DNA of 64,000 nucleotides from positions 8,743 to 72,742 of the forward strand of contig JAWKNZ010000011.1 in NCBI GenBank assembly GCA_041391425.1. Reading direction: 5' to 3'. Shown here piece after piece: positions 33,775-45,122 of this stretch (position 1 is the first letter of the stretch; every line of letters starts with the position of its first letter). Source of the DNA: Bdellovibrionota bacterium. GTDB lineage: Bacteria; Bdellovibrionota_B; Oligoflexia; Oligoflexales; JAWKNZ01. The notes under the pieces were generated by a model that saw nothing but the letters and a program-made list of their open reading frames with translations, ran no database searches and was not told the origin of the DNA. The translations under genes were made by a program, and so were the position numbers.

Positions 33775-34065
33775 CCCGTATCCGAGCTTTCTAGCCGGTT
33801 GCGTCGTTGTTTCGTCGTCAGGAAATCCCTCATGTACCAATATGCACTGCGGTTTCCTCCTCCTCGCGCCTAGCACCCGGCCGAATAAATCCGGTGAAGA
33901 CACATCCCGTATCCGATTTTCTTTACGGAATGTGGCGTTGCTCGTCGCTTGCAAAATCCTCTGCGTACCAATATGTACACTGCGGTTTCCCTCCTCGCGC
34001 CTAGCACCTGGCCGAATTTCGAATCCGGTGAAAATGCTACAGTTTTTCAAAAATTTAGATCCCGG
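33775..34065. mobile_element. Family A composite (truncated copy plus variant copy starting at 33906), A2
   Basis: Two head-to-tail cores inside a single ATTTAA direct-repeat pair. Confidence 0.8.
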
Positions 34066-34108
34066 ATTTAAAAATTGAAAGTATAGGTTCAAATTTCTGG
34101 GTGTGTTG

Positions 34109-34446
34109 TCATAATCTTTGGAATGGTTGTTTGGTCAGTGGAGAAAGTTATTAGAAGAGGATCTATCGCTTGATAATTGATTTTCGGATCCCTTGTTTAA
34201 GCTTCTTAACTGTAAGCTTTTTCTCAAAACTCAAAAACCGAAAAGTATCGCAAAACTTGCTCCAAGGAGAAAAAATGCGAAGTATATCTTATAAGCTTGT
34301 TGATTAATTTCGTTTGCCAATATTGGGCTAAGGTTAACCGAAATAGGGTGTTGATTATGTAACCCAAAGTAGGCACAAACCACCACAAATAGCATTAGAA
34401 CCCAAAATTTGCCAAGCTTAAAGATATACGGCATTTTAATACTCAT
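34109..34446 (-). CDS. LapA-like membrane protein (frameshifted; 3' end approximate)
   Basis: Two TMs with FGLHNQHPISVNL and FLLGA; directly downstream of rpsA, as in rpsA-lapA arrangements. Confidence 0.5.
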
Positions 34447-34465
34447 TTACTCCTAAGCAATCTGT

Positions 34466-36265
34466 TTATTCTGCTGGTGTCGTGTTAGCCGCAGCTGCAG
34501 CGTCAGCATCTTTTTTATTATCTTCTGCCTTGGAAAAAGCTTCAGCAAAAAGGGTCTTTGGCTCGCTAACAGTAGCAATATATTCTTTTAGATTCTCTCC
34601 TTCTAATCCTTGAATAAACGCCTTCCTAGATAATGAAAATCTACGCTCGTCCATATCGTTTGCTAAAACTATGAATTCAATTTCATCGCCTTCTTTTACG
34701 ACATCGGATGGTTTTTCTACTGGGTTAACATCGAGCTCACTAACATGAATCATGCCTTCGATTCCATCTGCCATAGTTACAAAGGCCCCAAAATCGGCAA
34801 CTTTAGAAACGGTTCCTTTGCCTTTAGATCCAATTGGGAAATCTTTAGAAACTTGGAGGTATGGGTCCTCAGTCAACTGTTTGATGCCGAGAGAAAATTT
34901 TTCTCCTTCAGTATCAATTTGAAGAATCTTTGCTTCGACTTCATCCCCTTTGGCAAATTTTTCGTTAGGATGATTGATTCTTTCCGTCCAACTAATGTCC
35001 GAGATATGTATCAGGCCATCAATGCCTTCCTCTATTCCGACAAATACACCGAAGTCAGTGATGTTACGAATTTTGCCTCTGATAACATCGCCGATATGAT
35101 ATTTTTCTTGAACTACTTCCCAAGGGTTTGGCTCTAATTGTTTCATACCTAAGCTGATGCGTCTTGTTTCTTGATCAATCGCCAAAACGATGACATCGAC
35201 CTCATCACCAATAGAAACAATTTTAGATGGGTGGCGCACACGCTTGGACCAAGACATTTCACTGATATGGATCAGGCCTTCAATTCCATCTTCTAGCTCA
35301 ACAAAGGCACCATAATCGGTAAGGCTAACAACGATTCCTTTCGTCTTAGTGTTGACCTGGTATTTTTCAGAAGCTTTAATCCAAGGATCATCTTGTAGTT
35401 GTTTATAGCCTAATGATACACGTTGTTTTTGCTCATCGTAGCTAAGGACTTTGACTTCAACTTCTTGGCCGACTTCAAATAATTGGCTTGGATGGTTGAT
35501 GCGTCCCCAAGACATATCGGTAATATGTAAAAGACCGTCAATTCCTCCAAGGTCGACGAATGCACCGTAGTCGGTGATGTTTTTAATGATACCTTTAAGA
35601 ACAGCATTTTCTTCAAGATTATCCAAAGTTTCAGTTCTGAGTTTTTCGCGGTCTTGCTCAAGAAGAACACGGCGGCTTAATACGATATTGCCTCTTTTCT
35701 TATTAAATTTGATGATTTTAAACTGAAACTTATTATTGATTAATTTGTCTAAATTTCTCACTGGACGTAGGTCAACCTGTGATCCGGGGAGGAATGATTT
35801 GACTCCGATATCGACAGCAAGGCCACCTTTGACGCGAGCCATGATGGTGCCTTCAACGATTTCGTTATTTTCATAAGCTGCAGATATTCTATCCCATGCT
35901 TTTAGCATTTCTGCGCGTTCAAAGCTAAGGATCATGTCCCCATCGTTATCTTCAAAACAATCCAGATAAACTTCTATTTCATCTCCAAGTTGAAATTGAA
36001 TAACGCTATTTGTTTGTGTAAATTCTTGAACAGGTATCTCACCCTCGGTTTTGTGCCCAATATCAACTGCTACGATGTCATCAGTGATCCGAACGACTTT
36101 TCCTTTTACAATTGTGCCTTCTTTTATGCCTGCCCCTTCTGGATTTTCAGATAAGAGATGGGCGAAATCTGATTTTTCTTTGTCTAACTCATGCTCAAAG
36201 GCTGTGTCTTCTTCTTCCCAGTTTACTGGGCCAATACCATAGACGTTGGATTCTGATAAGTTCAT
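34466..36265 (-). CDS. rpsA: 30S ribosomal protein S1
   Basis: Six S1 repeats: FLPGSQVD, YGAFVDLGGIDGLLHITDMSW, EGLIHISEMSW. Confidence 0.97.
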   Translation of the reverse strand: MNLSESNVYGIGPVNWEEEDTAFEHELDKEKSDFAHLLSENPEGAGIKEGTIVKGKVVRITDDIVAVDIGHKTEGEIPVQEFTQTNSVIQFQLGDEIEVYLDCFEDNDGDMILSFERAEMLKAWDRISAAYENNEIVEGTIMARVKGGLAVDIGVKSFLPGSQVDLRPVRNLDKLINNKFQFKIIKFNKKRGNIVLSRRVLLEQDREKLRTETLDNLEENAVLKGIIKNITDYGAFVDLGGIDGLLHITDMSWGRINHPSQLFEVGQEVEVKVLSYDEQKQRVSLGYKQLQDDPWIKASEKYQVNTKTKGIVVSLTDYGAFVELEDGIEGLIHISEMSWSKRVRHPSKIVSIGDEVDVIVLAIDQETRRISLGMKQLEPNPWEVVQEKYHIGDVIRGKIRNITDFGVFVGIEEGIDGLIHISDISWTERINHPNEKFAKGDEVEAKILQIDTEGEKFSLGIKQLTEDPYLQVSKDFPIGSKGKGTVSKVADFGAFVTMADGIEGMIHVSELDVNPVEKPSDVVKEGDEIEFIVLANDMDERRFSLSRKAFIQGLEGENLKEYIATVSEPKTLFAEAFSKAEDNKKDADAAAAANTTPAE

Positions 36266-36795
36266 AGTTTGGAAGTTCTCCGAATGTGGGCTGCGAAAAA
36301 AGTTAATAATTCAATAAAAACCGAGGTTTCTCGTTAACATAATAAATATCAAAAGTCAATGTAGCTTTTGAAAAACAGGCAGTTTACCAGCTTGAGGGCA
36401 AAATATAAGCGGAAGTTATGTGAAATTAGCATATCTCGTAAAAGTTAAATACCATCTTCCTTAGGCTTATGCCTACCTTTTGGTTGTTATAGGAAAAAAT
36501 GCAGTATCAGGCAAGCCTAGTTCATAACTCTTATCCACACTATAATAAAGCTAATAGATTCGGGCAGGTGAAAGAAAATAGACTGATTGGTTTGTGGCGT
36601 TTTTGCTACGTTAGTTAGATAGTATTCTAATTATAAAGATACCGTTTGATTGGTTGTCTTAGCTTTTTCATAGCCCATTCTTTTCGATGTCTTTCGTGTT
36701 TGCTGTCATGTTGTTCAGAAAATACTCAGATGAGATTGCGGAAAAGTAATGCTTTATTATTACAGATAAAACTTTTAAAAAGCATGATTGTGAGG

Positions 36796-37704
36796 ATGAT
36801 GGTTTTTTCTAACAATTATACAAATAAAATTTTAAAGGTTTTGCTGCCGCTATTATTCGGCCAGTCCATTAGTATAAGTATCGCAGCGGAATCTTTGGTT
36901 CAGTGCCCAGTCGAATCTTCTGAATTAAGTGACGAAAAGGGTAGTAGGAGGGGGGGCGCCGAGACTCCTGTGCTTCGTGGCCATGTGTACAAGGACACAC
37001 CCTTTAAGGCAGGCGAGAAGTCCAAGTATGATGTTTATTATTTAGGTATGTTGGTTGGGAAAGCTCTTCTGGGAGTAAATCCGCCAGCTTTTTATAAAGG
37101 CGCTTACCACAGTGCTTTTACTGCTGATGCACGCACTGGCGATTGGTACCGTTATATATTTGCCGCCCATGATGTGTTGCGAGCATTTGCAAATCCAAGA
37201 GATCTCAGTGCAGTTAGTTTTTACTTGTCGCAGCAGGAAGGTGCGATGTTTGGTAAGCAAATCAAACAAGAAAAATGGTTTGAATTTGATCATCAGCAGT
37301 GCTTGGTAAAAGAAAAGATTCACGATAAGAATTCTGGAAAAGTAGAGAAAAAAGAATTCTCACTACAGCCAGGTGCAAGTGATTCGCTTGCTGCTTTATA
37401 TAAATTGAGGACATATAGCTTTGATAAAGTTGGCCAACGTGCGAGGTATTTAGTTTATTCGTCTGAAAAAACATGGTGGCTTGAGGCAAGGGTTGAAAAC
37501 TTTGAAAAGGTAACAGTTCCTGCCGGTGAGTTCGAGGCTGTTAAGCTTAAATTGCAGACTTTTATTGGTCAAGAGCTGCAGCAAAAGGGAGATGTTTTTC
37601 TTTGGTTTAGCAAAGATAGCTCACGTATTTTATTAAAAGTCAGTGGTCAAATAAAAATTGGTAGCGTGAAAATGCTTTTAACATCTTATGCCCCAGGAAA
37701 ATAG
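36796..37704 (+). CDS. DUF3108-like exported protein
   Basis: PFKAGEKSKY, DSLAALYKLR, EKVTVPAGEFEA, IKIGS; start uncertain. Confidence 0.7.
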   Translation: MMVFSNNYTNKILKVLLPLLFGQSISISIAAESLVQCPVESSELSDEKGSRRGGAETPVLRGHVYKDTPFKAGEKSKYDVYYLGMLVGKALLGVNPPAFYKGAYHSAFTADARTGDWYRYIFAAHDVLRAFANPRDLSAVSFYLSQQEGAMFGKQIKQEKWFEFDHQQCLVKEKIHDKNSGKVEKKEFSLQPGASDSLAALYKLRTYSFDKVGQRARYLVYSSEKTWWLEARVENFEKVTVPAGEFEAVKLKLQTFIGQELQQKGDVFLWFSKDSSRILLKVSGQIKIGSVKMLLTSYAPGK

Positions 37705-37762
37705 CATTTCAAATTTTAGAGTTTCAAGGTGAATGAAAAAAATAGGGATTATAATTTGCTTT

Positions 37763-38646
37763 TTACAATCCTGCTTCTTGCAGTTCCGTCACTGCTTTTT
37801 TCTGTTCTTTTGAAAGCGATTTAGGCATATCTAATTCAACCACAGCAAAGAAGTCACCACGACTTTGACCTTGGCCGGGAGCCTTGTATCCGAGCCCTTT
37901 TAAGCGGACTTTAGTCCCCGCTGACTCCTGCAGGTATTTTGATCTTTTTTACTCCCTGTGGTGTCTCAATTGAGGCTGAACATCTAGTAGTGCATCAGAT
38001 AGTTTGAGTGGCAAGGCAGCTTCAATATTATTTTCCACTCGGCGGTAACGTTCATGTGAGACGATGTTTACGATTACATAGAGGTCGCCATTAGAGCCAC
38101 CATTGGGGGAGGGAGCTCCTTTACCAGCGACTCTAAGCCTACCGCCATTTTTGATGCCGGCTGGAATTCTGATTTTTAAATCTCGCCGAGTTCCATCGTT
38201 AAGCTGAAAGGATATTTGCCTTTCTCCACCATCATAAGATTCTTGAAAGCCGATATCGACGCGGTACTCGACATCTTGCCCTTTGTGAACTCTGGTGCCA
38301 CCGCTAAAACCTCCACCGCCAAAACCCCGCCGAATAAATTGGCGAAAATACTATTGCCGCCAAGATCGACTCGCGAAAAATAGAATTGAAATCTGCCCTC
38401 GAAAGATATCGTCAGTTGAATATCGTTGGCCGAAACCGAGGCTCCATAGGTGTCATATTCTTGTTTTTTTTGCTTGTCCGATAAAACAGCATAGGCTTCG
38501 CTAATATTTTTGAACTTTTCTTCGGCTTCTTTATCTCCCTTGTTGCGGTCGGGGTGGTATTTTAACGCCAGGCTTCTGTAGGACTTTTTGATTTCATCAT
38601 CAGACGCATTGCGGTCGACACCCAGAATTTTATAATAGTCAGCCAA
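37763..38646 (-). CDS. DnaJ-class (CbpA-like) chaperone, several frameshifts
   Basis: [32 protein letters not shown]-terminal fragments LRVAGKG, GDLYV, LKGLG. Confidence 0.85.
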
Positions 38647-38726
38647 AGTTAATATCCTCTTAAGTTATCGATTCTATGGAAGAATATACCGTTATTCGTG
38701 TGTAATGGGCTATATTCGACATTTTA

Positions 38727-38754
38727 AATTTAAGCCTTGTTTGCAAGTTGTCAA
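38727..38754 (-). promoter_or_regulatory. Putative sigma70 promoter of the dnaJ-like gene
   Basis: TTGACA-N16-TAAATT on the minus strand, ~80 bp upstream of the start. Confidence 0.4.
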
Positions 38755-38774
38755 GAGTAGCTAAGACATCTTAC

Positions 38775-38937
38775 CCGGGATCTGGAATTTTTTGAAAAAC
38801 TGTAGTATTTTCATCGGATTCGAAGTTCGATCGGGTGCTAGGCGCGAGGAGGCGGGAAACCGCAGTGTACATGTTGGTACATGAGGATTTCCTGGCGACG
38901 AAGCAACGCCGCAACCGGCTAGAAATTCGGATCCGGG
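38775..38937. mobile_element. Family A MITE, copy A3 (opposite orientation to A1)
   Basis: CCGGGATCTGG...GGATCCGGG flanked by direct repeat ATCTTAC. Confidence 0.88.
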
Positions 38938-38950
38938 ATCTTACTGTCAA

Positions 38951-39574
38951 TCATGTGATGCTTAATATTTGCTCAAGTTTGTCAAATTGGCGGAGCATAC
39001 TGCGCTCGTTATTTGCTTTTCTAGCTTCTGATAGGTCAAACCACCTGAGGTCTATGGATTCATCTGAAATTTCGAGTTTATGGTCGTCAGCTATCATTAC
39101 GTAGCGGACGTCGTAATGGAGATGCTCAGGCTTGCCTTTTGTGGCAGGTATGTGGTGAATATCAAAATCAAAAGGCAAGGGATGGCTATTTTTTTCATGC
39201 TTAATTTCTGACGGTATTGCTAAAATGTTACAGTTTTAAGTCCTGATTCTTCTAAAACTTCTCGTAAGGCAACCTGTGAGGTGTTTTGATCGGAGTCTGA
39301 GTGCCCTCCAAATTGCAACCATTTTGCCAGTTTCTTATGTAATGTTAAAGGCTACGTGATCCGCCTTTTGTTGATTACTAAGGCGCTGCCAGTGATATGT
39401 CCTGGCAAGTGTTCTCGGTCAAAGCACTCAGGAGACATATTTACAAAGGTTGTTTCAAATTTTTCTAGAATTCTACATTCTTCTTCTAAGTCAAAGCTTA
39501 TATGTTTTTTTAGGACAGGCAGTAAACCTTCTTTATATTTTTTGAATGCTGGTTAAAAGCAGTTTTCTATGCAT
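38951..39574 (-). CDS. NUDIX hydrolase (frameshifted)
   Basis: Fragments PGHITGSAL, HKKLAKWLQFGGHSD, ALREVLEESG, FDIHHIP, HLHYDVRY. Confidence 0.8.
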
Positions 39575-39747
39575 TTTTTACACTTTCTTAGATGGCTTTT
39601 ATCGTTATCGCAGGCGAGTATAGTAAATCAGAATTTGCTTGCCTATAGGATATGTGAATGAAACGACCTCATTTGCAATATTATTATTCTACAATTTGTC
39701 TGCTTAATAGAGCATCGTTGCTAGTTTTTATAGAATAGGATGACTTC

Positions 39748-39776
39748 TTGACTTGACAGAGGTTAGAAACTAGACT
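39748..39776 (+). promoter_or_regulatory. Putative sigma70 promoter of recJ
   Basis: TTGACT-N17-TAGACT just upstream of the start. Confidence 0.4.
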
Positions 39777-39790
39777 TTCGGACTATTCTA

Positions 39791-41446
39791 ATGGGAAATA
39801 TAGAGATTATGGGTAGCAAATTCAGTAGTTGGCAATCCTTATCCAATGCACACCCTGTTAATTATCAACAGTTGGTGGATTGTATAATAAAAAATCGTGA
39901 GTTTAGTTCAGTGGATACTCTAAATTATGGAGATCATGGACTGGAGCATGTATATTCGGCAATAGCTAATGCAATTAAAGCGAATAAACGTATTGCGCTT
40001 TATGCTGATTATGATGTTGATGGAACGATGAGCTGTGTGAGTTGGATATGGTTTTTACGCTCTATAGGATTTAAAAACTATACTTATTATATCCCCGATC
40101 GCTTTACTGAAGGCTATGGAGTCAATATTAATGCGGTGAAACATCTAGTTGAGGTAGAAAAAGCTGAGCTTATAATTACTATGGATACAGGCATTACTGC
40201 AAATGAAGAGGCTAGCTGGTGCTTAAGTAATGGAGTACAATTTGTTTGTACTGACCATCACAAAATTCAGGCAGATAAAATGCCTGATTGTATGATTTTA
40301 AATCCTAAGACGCATCCAGATCCGGAATACCAAGAACTTTGTGGGTGTGGTATTACCTTCGTTCTTTTGCGTAAGCTAGCGAAAGAGTTTAACCCTCCTC
40401 ATGATGTTTGGGTAGATATCTTAGCGTTGACTGGCATGGCGACAATCTGCGATGTTGTGCCTTTAAATGGGGTCAATCATCGTTTAGCAAAATTGGGAGT
40501 GGAAGCTTTATTGAAAAGCCATCGTCCGGTATTAAAAAAGCTATTATCGGCCTCTTCTATTGAAACACAAATGGACGAAAAAGATGTTGGCTTTCGGTTA
40601 GGGCCGAGAATCAATGCGGTAGGACGTCTTGAACATGCTAATAAGGTTATTAGGGCGTTTATAGATGAGGAACCAGGCGAGTTAATTCATGAAATGAGCC
40701 GATGTAACGAGATTAGAAAGCAAATTCAAGCTCAGATTGTTCATGAAGCGCGCCTATATGCTGGTAGTTATGCAAACGATTCAATCTTGTTTTTAGGGGG
40801 GGACTGGCATCCAGGGGTAGTTGGTATTGCTGCGAGTAAGATTGCAGAAGAATTTTGGCGCCCTGTTTGGCTATATGAGAAAAAAGATGGCATTTGCAAG
40901 GGGTCGGCAAGGTCGATTCCTGGTTATGATGTAACTGATGCTATGGCTGCGGTTGGTGGCTTGTTTACAAAATTTGGTGGGCATGCTGCAGCAGGAGGTT
41001 TTTCATTTCCTGCTGAACATGAAATGGAGATCCGCCTTCGTCTGGCAGAATATAGTGATGCCTTACGTGAAAAATCACCGGAGGTTTGGCATAGCAAAAT
41101 TTATTTTGATTGTAGTTTGCCTTTGGAGCTAGCTAGCTTAAAACTAGTTGATCATTTAGATGCTTTAAAACCATTCGGACACGGTTTTGAAGAGCCTAGG
41201 TTTTATGTTGAAGCGGATGTTGAAGAGGTTGTCTTTTATAAAGATAAGAAGACGGGTGAGCCTAGGCATACTGCTATTCAAATTGAAGGTGTTCAGTTTG
41301 ATAGACAAAAAATTATGTTTTTTAATCATGTATGTTCAGAGGTTAAAGCCGGAGATAAAGCTAGGTTTGTTGTAACTGCAGTCAAAAATCACTTTCGCGG
41401 TACTACCTCTCTATCTTTGATAGGATTAGATTTGGAGGTTTATTAA
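39791..41446 (+). CDS. recJ: Single-stranded DNA exonuclease RecJ
   Basis: DYDVDG, TDHH, GPRINAVGRL, GSARS, FGGHAAAGG, LKPFGHGFEEP. Confidence 0.95.
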   Translation: MGNIEIMGSKFSSWQSLSNAHPVNYQQLVDCIIKNREFSSVDTLNYGDHGLEHVYSAIANAIKANKRIALYADYDVDGTMSCVSWIWFLRSIGFKNYTYYIPDRFTEGYGVNINAVKHLVEVEKAELIITMDTGITANEEASWCLSNGVQFVCTDHHKIQADKMPDCMILNPKTHPDPEYQELCGCGITFVLLRKLAKEFNPPHDVWVDILALTGMATICDVVPLNGVNHRLAKLGVEALLKSHRPVLKKLLSASSIETQMDEKDVGFRLGPRINAVGRLEHANKVIRAFIDEEPGELIHEMSRCNEIRKQIQAQIVHEARLYAGSYANDSILFLGGDWHPGVVGIAASKIAEEFWRPVWLYEKKDGICKGSARSIPGYDVTDAMAAVGGLFTKFGGHAAAGGFSFPAEHEMEIRLRLAEYSDALREKSPEVWHSKIYFDCSLPLELASLKLVDHLDALKPFGHGFEEPRFYVEADVEEVVFYKDKKTGEPRHTAIQIEGVQFDRQKIMFFNHVCSEVKAGDKARFVVTAVKNHFRGTTSLSLIGLDLEVY

Positions 41447-41467
41447 TTAGTGGTATGCATTGAGTAG

Positions 41468-41748
41468 TCATACTGCGTTACGCCTAAAAAACATTTGTCG
41501 CTGTACTAGGGCGTGTTGACGTTTCATTTCCTACTACGAGCCAAATCCTTGAGTCACAACGTTGTCAGGGTTTCAAAATTATCCTCAATGTACATTTAGT
41601 ACACCTCCGGTAATTTTTGAAACCCTTCCTAGCTGCGACTTTCAAGTATTTGTCTCTCGCTACGAAAATGAAACGTCAACACGCCCTAAAGGTACTATCT
41701 CCTCATTTTTCTAGGCAAGCCTTGTCTGATAGGTTTTGCTCTCCTTAA
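41468..41748. mobile_element. Family C element, copy C4, interrupted by B3
   Basis: Reverse-complement match to C2 on both sides of B3 (ATACTGCGTTACGCCTAAAAAACATTTG...CCTTGTCTGATAGGTTTT). Confidence 0.75.
41509..41686. mobile_element. Family B MITE, copy B3 (full length, nested in C4)
   Basis: 21-bp TIRs; CTA|element|TAA. Confidence 0.92.
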
Positions 41749-41752
41749 TAGC

Positions 41753-43746
41753 TTAGTGCTGTAAGGCAAGGTCGTATATTTTTGCATCCAAAAATAAGTC
41801 AAAAAGCCCAGAATCGACCTTGCCGCCCTTTACTTCCATACTGAGAATGTCTAAAGCTTTTTCGACAGGAATAGCTTTTTTATAGGGGCGGTCTGATGCC
41901 GTTAAAGCATCAAAGATATCTGCAATAGTCATCATGCGAGATTGGATAGGTATTTCATGCGCACCAGCGCTTGTTGGATAGCCTGAGCCGTCTAATTTTT
42001 CATGGTGTTTAACAGCGATTTGTGGGATGTTCGCTAGTTTATCTCCCCAAGGTATCTGTCTAAGAAATTCGTAGGTATGAGTCACATGGCTTTGAATTTC
42101 AGCAAATTCTTCAGCAGTTAGAGATCCTCTGGAAACAGAAAGTGATTTTAATTCATCGGCTAGTAAAAATGGTCTATTGCTAGTGATGTGGTCATTAAAC
42201 TTACAACTTGCTATGTCTTTTAGCAATTCAAAACCACCCTGCTCTAAAACAGTAGGTTCGTTGGCCTTATTTATGAAATCTAAATATGCATCTAGTTCTT
42301 TGCATTTTTTATCTCGTTCATCCTTAAATACTTCAATGGAAACGCCCATTGGAAAAGCATTTGGATTTTGCATCAGGTTGATGATGTTATTCAGATATTC
42401 TATCTCATAGCGTGAACGCACTAATTTGAAACGTTCAACGATTAAATCATGCTGCCAAGGGTAGAGTTTTTTTCGCTTTCACCAATACGTTTTCTAACTC
42501 CGAGTTTGCCGAAGTCATGGAGAAGTGATGCATATTTTATTTCGCGCCTTTGATCTTCGTCAAATCTTTATCTTTAAATTCCACCAGTAGAGGTTCTGCT
42601 AACAATGTCAGCAAGGCCTATTGTTAGAGCAGCGACGCGATGCGAATGACCACTAGTTGTTGGATCCCGTTGTTCGATTGCTGTAACCGATGCATTGACA
42701 AAGCCGTCGAATAGTTTTTGAATTTCCTCATGCATATTGGCATTTTCAAGGGCGATTCCCGCTTGTTGAGCGACAATCTCTGCATATTCGATATCGGTTT
42801 GACTAAACTCGGCAATATTATCAGTGAAGTCAGCAGGTTCTTTTAATTTTTTATGTGGGTCTATCTTCCTATTTATGAGTTGGATCACACCTACTACCGA
42901 ATGGCTAATGTCAAACATTGGAATTGTTAGCATTGAATGTGATTCATAGCCAAGGCGACGATCCCAGGAGCGATCGTGTCTAGCACCGAATGGGTTCATG
43001 GTAGAGTCTTCATTCAGCTTATATAGATCAGGAATATTGATAGTAGTATTGTGGATCACGGCGCTACCCACAATCGACTGGTCGCTAATTTGCAATTCAA
43101 ATTCATTTAAGTTTTGTTTTATCGAATCATTCTGAGTAAAGCGAAAATGCAATTTACCTTCTTTGACGTTTTTACCTGGTATTTCTGTAGTGTAAATTGA
43201 ACCAGCATCAGCATTGGTAATTTCTCTGGCCTTAAATAAAATTAGATTTAGGAGTTTTTTAATATTTCTTTCGCCATTTAATTCTCGAGAAATGGATAAT
43301 ACGTATTTTACCTCTTGAGAGGCTTTTTCAATCAAGCGTTTTTCAGTTTCTGCATGATCTACTAATTTTTGAAAATTATGAATACAGCGGATACTGGTCG
43401 ATAGAGAATCTTCACTTACAGGAAGGCAAATCTGCTGGATATTTTCGGATTGCATTTCACTGGGAAGTGTCTGTAGCTCTTTAACTGTGCCGACGCAGAT
43501 GATAGATATTCCTGGTGTTTTTGTATGATTTATATAGGTCTTGACTTTTGTGGTATTTTGCCAAACCTCATCACAGATAAAAAACTTAGTCAGTCCATCT
43601 CTATATAAAGTAATCACTCCATTGGCCGGCCTCTTGAATTCATATTCGTTATATGGATAATTTTCGAAAATTTTTTCAAGGTCAATGAATGAGTTTATAT
43701 TAATAGTTTCACGTTGATTGAGCTTCTCTACTGTGGCTTCGCTCAT
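41753..43746 (-). CDS. GAF + HD-GYP cyclic-dinucleotide phosphodiesterase (frameshifted near 42430-42580)
   Basis: GAF region ([22 protein letters not shown]); [46 protein letters not shown]. Confidence 0.88.
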
Positions 43747-43852
43747 GTGGTTTCCAGCTCCCTCGCTAGGATTTTTAGAGAGTATGTCTATATTTTATGG
43801 TAAAGATTTCATGTGAACCATGAGCAAAATTTGCATTGTAGGAGATGGGGTT

Positions 43853-44572
43853 ATGGATTTTGGTTTGGTCGTAGATTTGGAAACAACGGGGTTGGACCCG
43901 GTTAAAGATAAAATTATCGAAATTGGTTTGGTTGAGTTTGCTGTTGAAAGCTCAAAAAATCCGGTGATTAGCAATATATATGGTGCCTTAGAGGATCCTA
44001 AAGTCAGTCTTAGTCCAGAAATTGTAAAGATAACAGGGTTGGAAGATAAATACCTTGAAGGGCAATGTATTGATTGGGGGATAGTGCAGAAATATTTTGA
44101 TCGCTCTTCTGTCGTTATTGCGCACAATATGAGCTTTGACCGTTCGTTTTTACAACAACGTCAAGAGTTGAATTTATCAACAGCTCATTGGGCATGTTCA
44201 AAAAAACATATAGATTGGTTTGCTCATGGTTTTAAAACGAGGGCACTAAATTATTTGGCTGCAGATCACGGATTTGTGAATTCATTTGCTCACCGTGCGG
44301 TTTTTGATTGTGCTACAACCCTTCGGCTGATCACTCCCTATTTGTCAGAGTTGATTGAAACGAGTTATGAGCACGAAATATGTTTTTCTGCAGTAGGTGC
44401 GGCGTTTGAAAAAAAAGACATTCTAAGAGAACATGGTTATCGGTGGAATCCAGAGGTGAGGGTTTGGCAAAAAAGCGTGTTCGAAAAAAAAGCAGATGAG
44501 GAAAGGGCTTTCTTGGCTAATAGTGTCTATGAAAGAAGCAAATCTTCTCATATGGAAGAAATAGTGAGCTGA
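43853..44572 (+). CDS. DEDDh 3'-5' exonuclease (DnaQ-like)
   Basis: VDLETTGLD, IAHNMSFD, AHRAVFDC; GGAG before ATG 43853. Confidence 0.88.
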   Translation: MDFGLVVDLETTGLDPVKDKIIEIGLVEFAVESSKNPVISNIYGALEDPKVSLSPEIVKITGLEDKYLEGQCIDWGIVQKYFDRSSVVIAHNMSFDRSFLQQRQELNLSTAHWACSKKHIDWFAHGFKTRALNYLAADHGFVNSFAHRAVFDCATTLRLITPYLSELIETSYEHEICFSAVGAAFEKKDILREHGYRWNPEVRVWQKSVFEKKADEERAFLANSVYERSKSSHMEEIVS

Positions 44573-44663
44573 TACTTTTCAAAGTTATAGTGTACGTACA
44601 TAACCTTGTTGTAGAGAGAAAAAGTGATTTGAATCATGAAGTCTGTAGAAGGTGTTTTTTTTA

Positions 44664-44842
44664 GGGCGTGTTGACGTTTCATTTTCGTAGCGAGAGACAA
44701 ATACTTGAAAGTCGCAGCTAGGAAGGTTTTCAAAAATTACCGGAGGTGTACTAGATGTACATTGAGGATAATTTTTGAAACCCTGATAACGTTGTGATTC
44801 AAGGGTTTGGCTCGTAGTAGGAAATGAAACGTCAACATGCCC
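44664..44842. mobile_element. Family B MITE, copy B4
   Basis: TIRs with one mismatch; TTA|element|TAG. Confidence 0.92.
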
Positions 44843-45122
44843 TAGTCGGATGATACAGGGCTGACATATATCAGGCAACTTTATGGGATCAAGCTATAAT
44901 TTATATGCATTAATTGTTATAGTCCTAGTAGGGGGGTGTCTTGTTTTTAGTCACATCCTTGGCATTAGGCTCTAGTTTGCTCGCTGAGGCTTTTTTAAAA
45001 AAAGTATTGTAGTGCTTATAATGATTTGCTAATAAATAGGTACAAACATCCAATGATTTTTGATAATTATTATTTTGGTTGTCAAATCAAAGCTTACTGC
45101 TCGCAGGTATTTGGGGGTATCT

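Noticed and set aside
33727..34092. ORFs overlapping MITEs (also 23432-23695, 38835-39104, 44548-44878, 46611-47062, 51821-52436, 54819-55075)
   Set aside because: Their shared peptides (VLGARR, ATKMKRQHAL and similar) are translations of repeat families A and B, not independent genes or transposases
38738..38764. CIRCE/HrcA operator upstream of the dnaJ-like gene
   Set aside because: TTAGCTACTC resembles one half-site, but the second half and 9-bp spacing do not fit TTAGCACTC-N9-GAGTGCTAA
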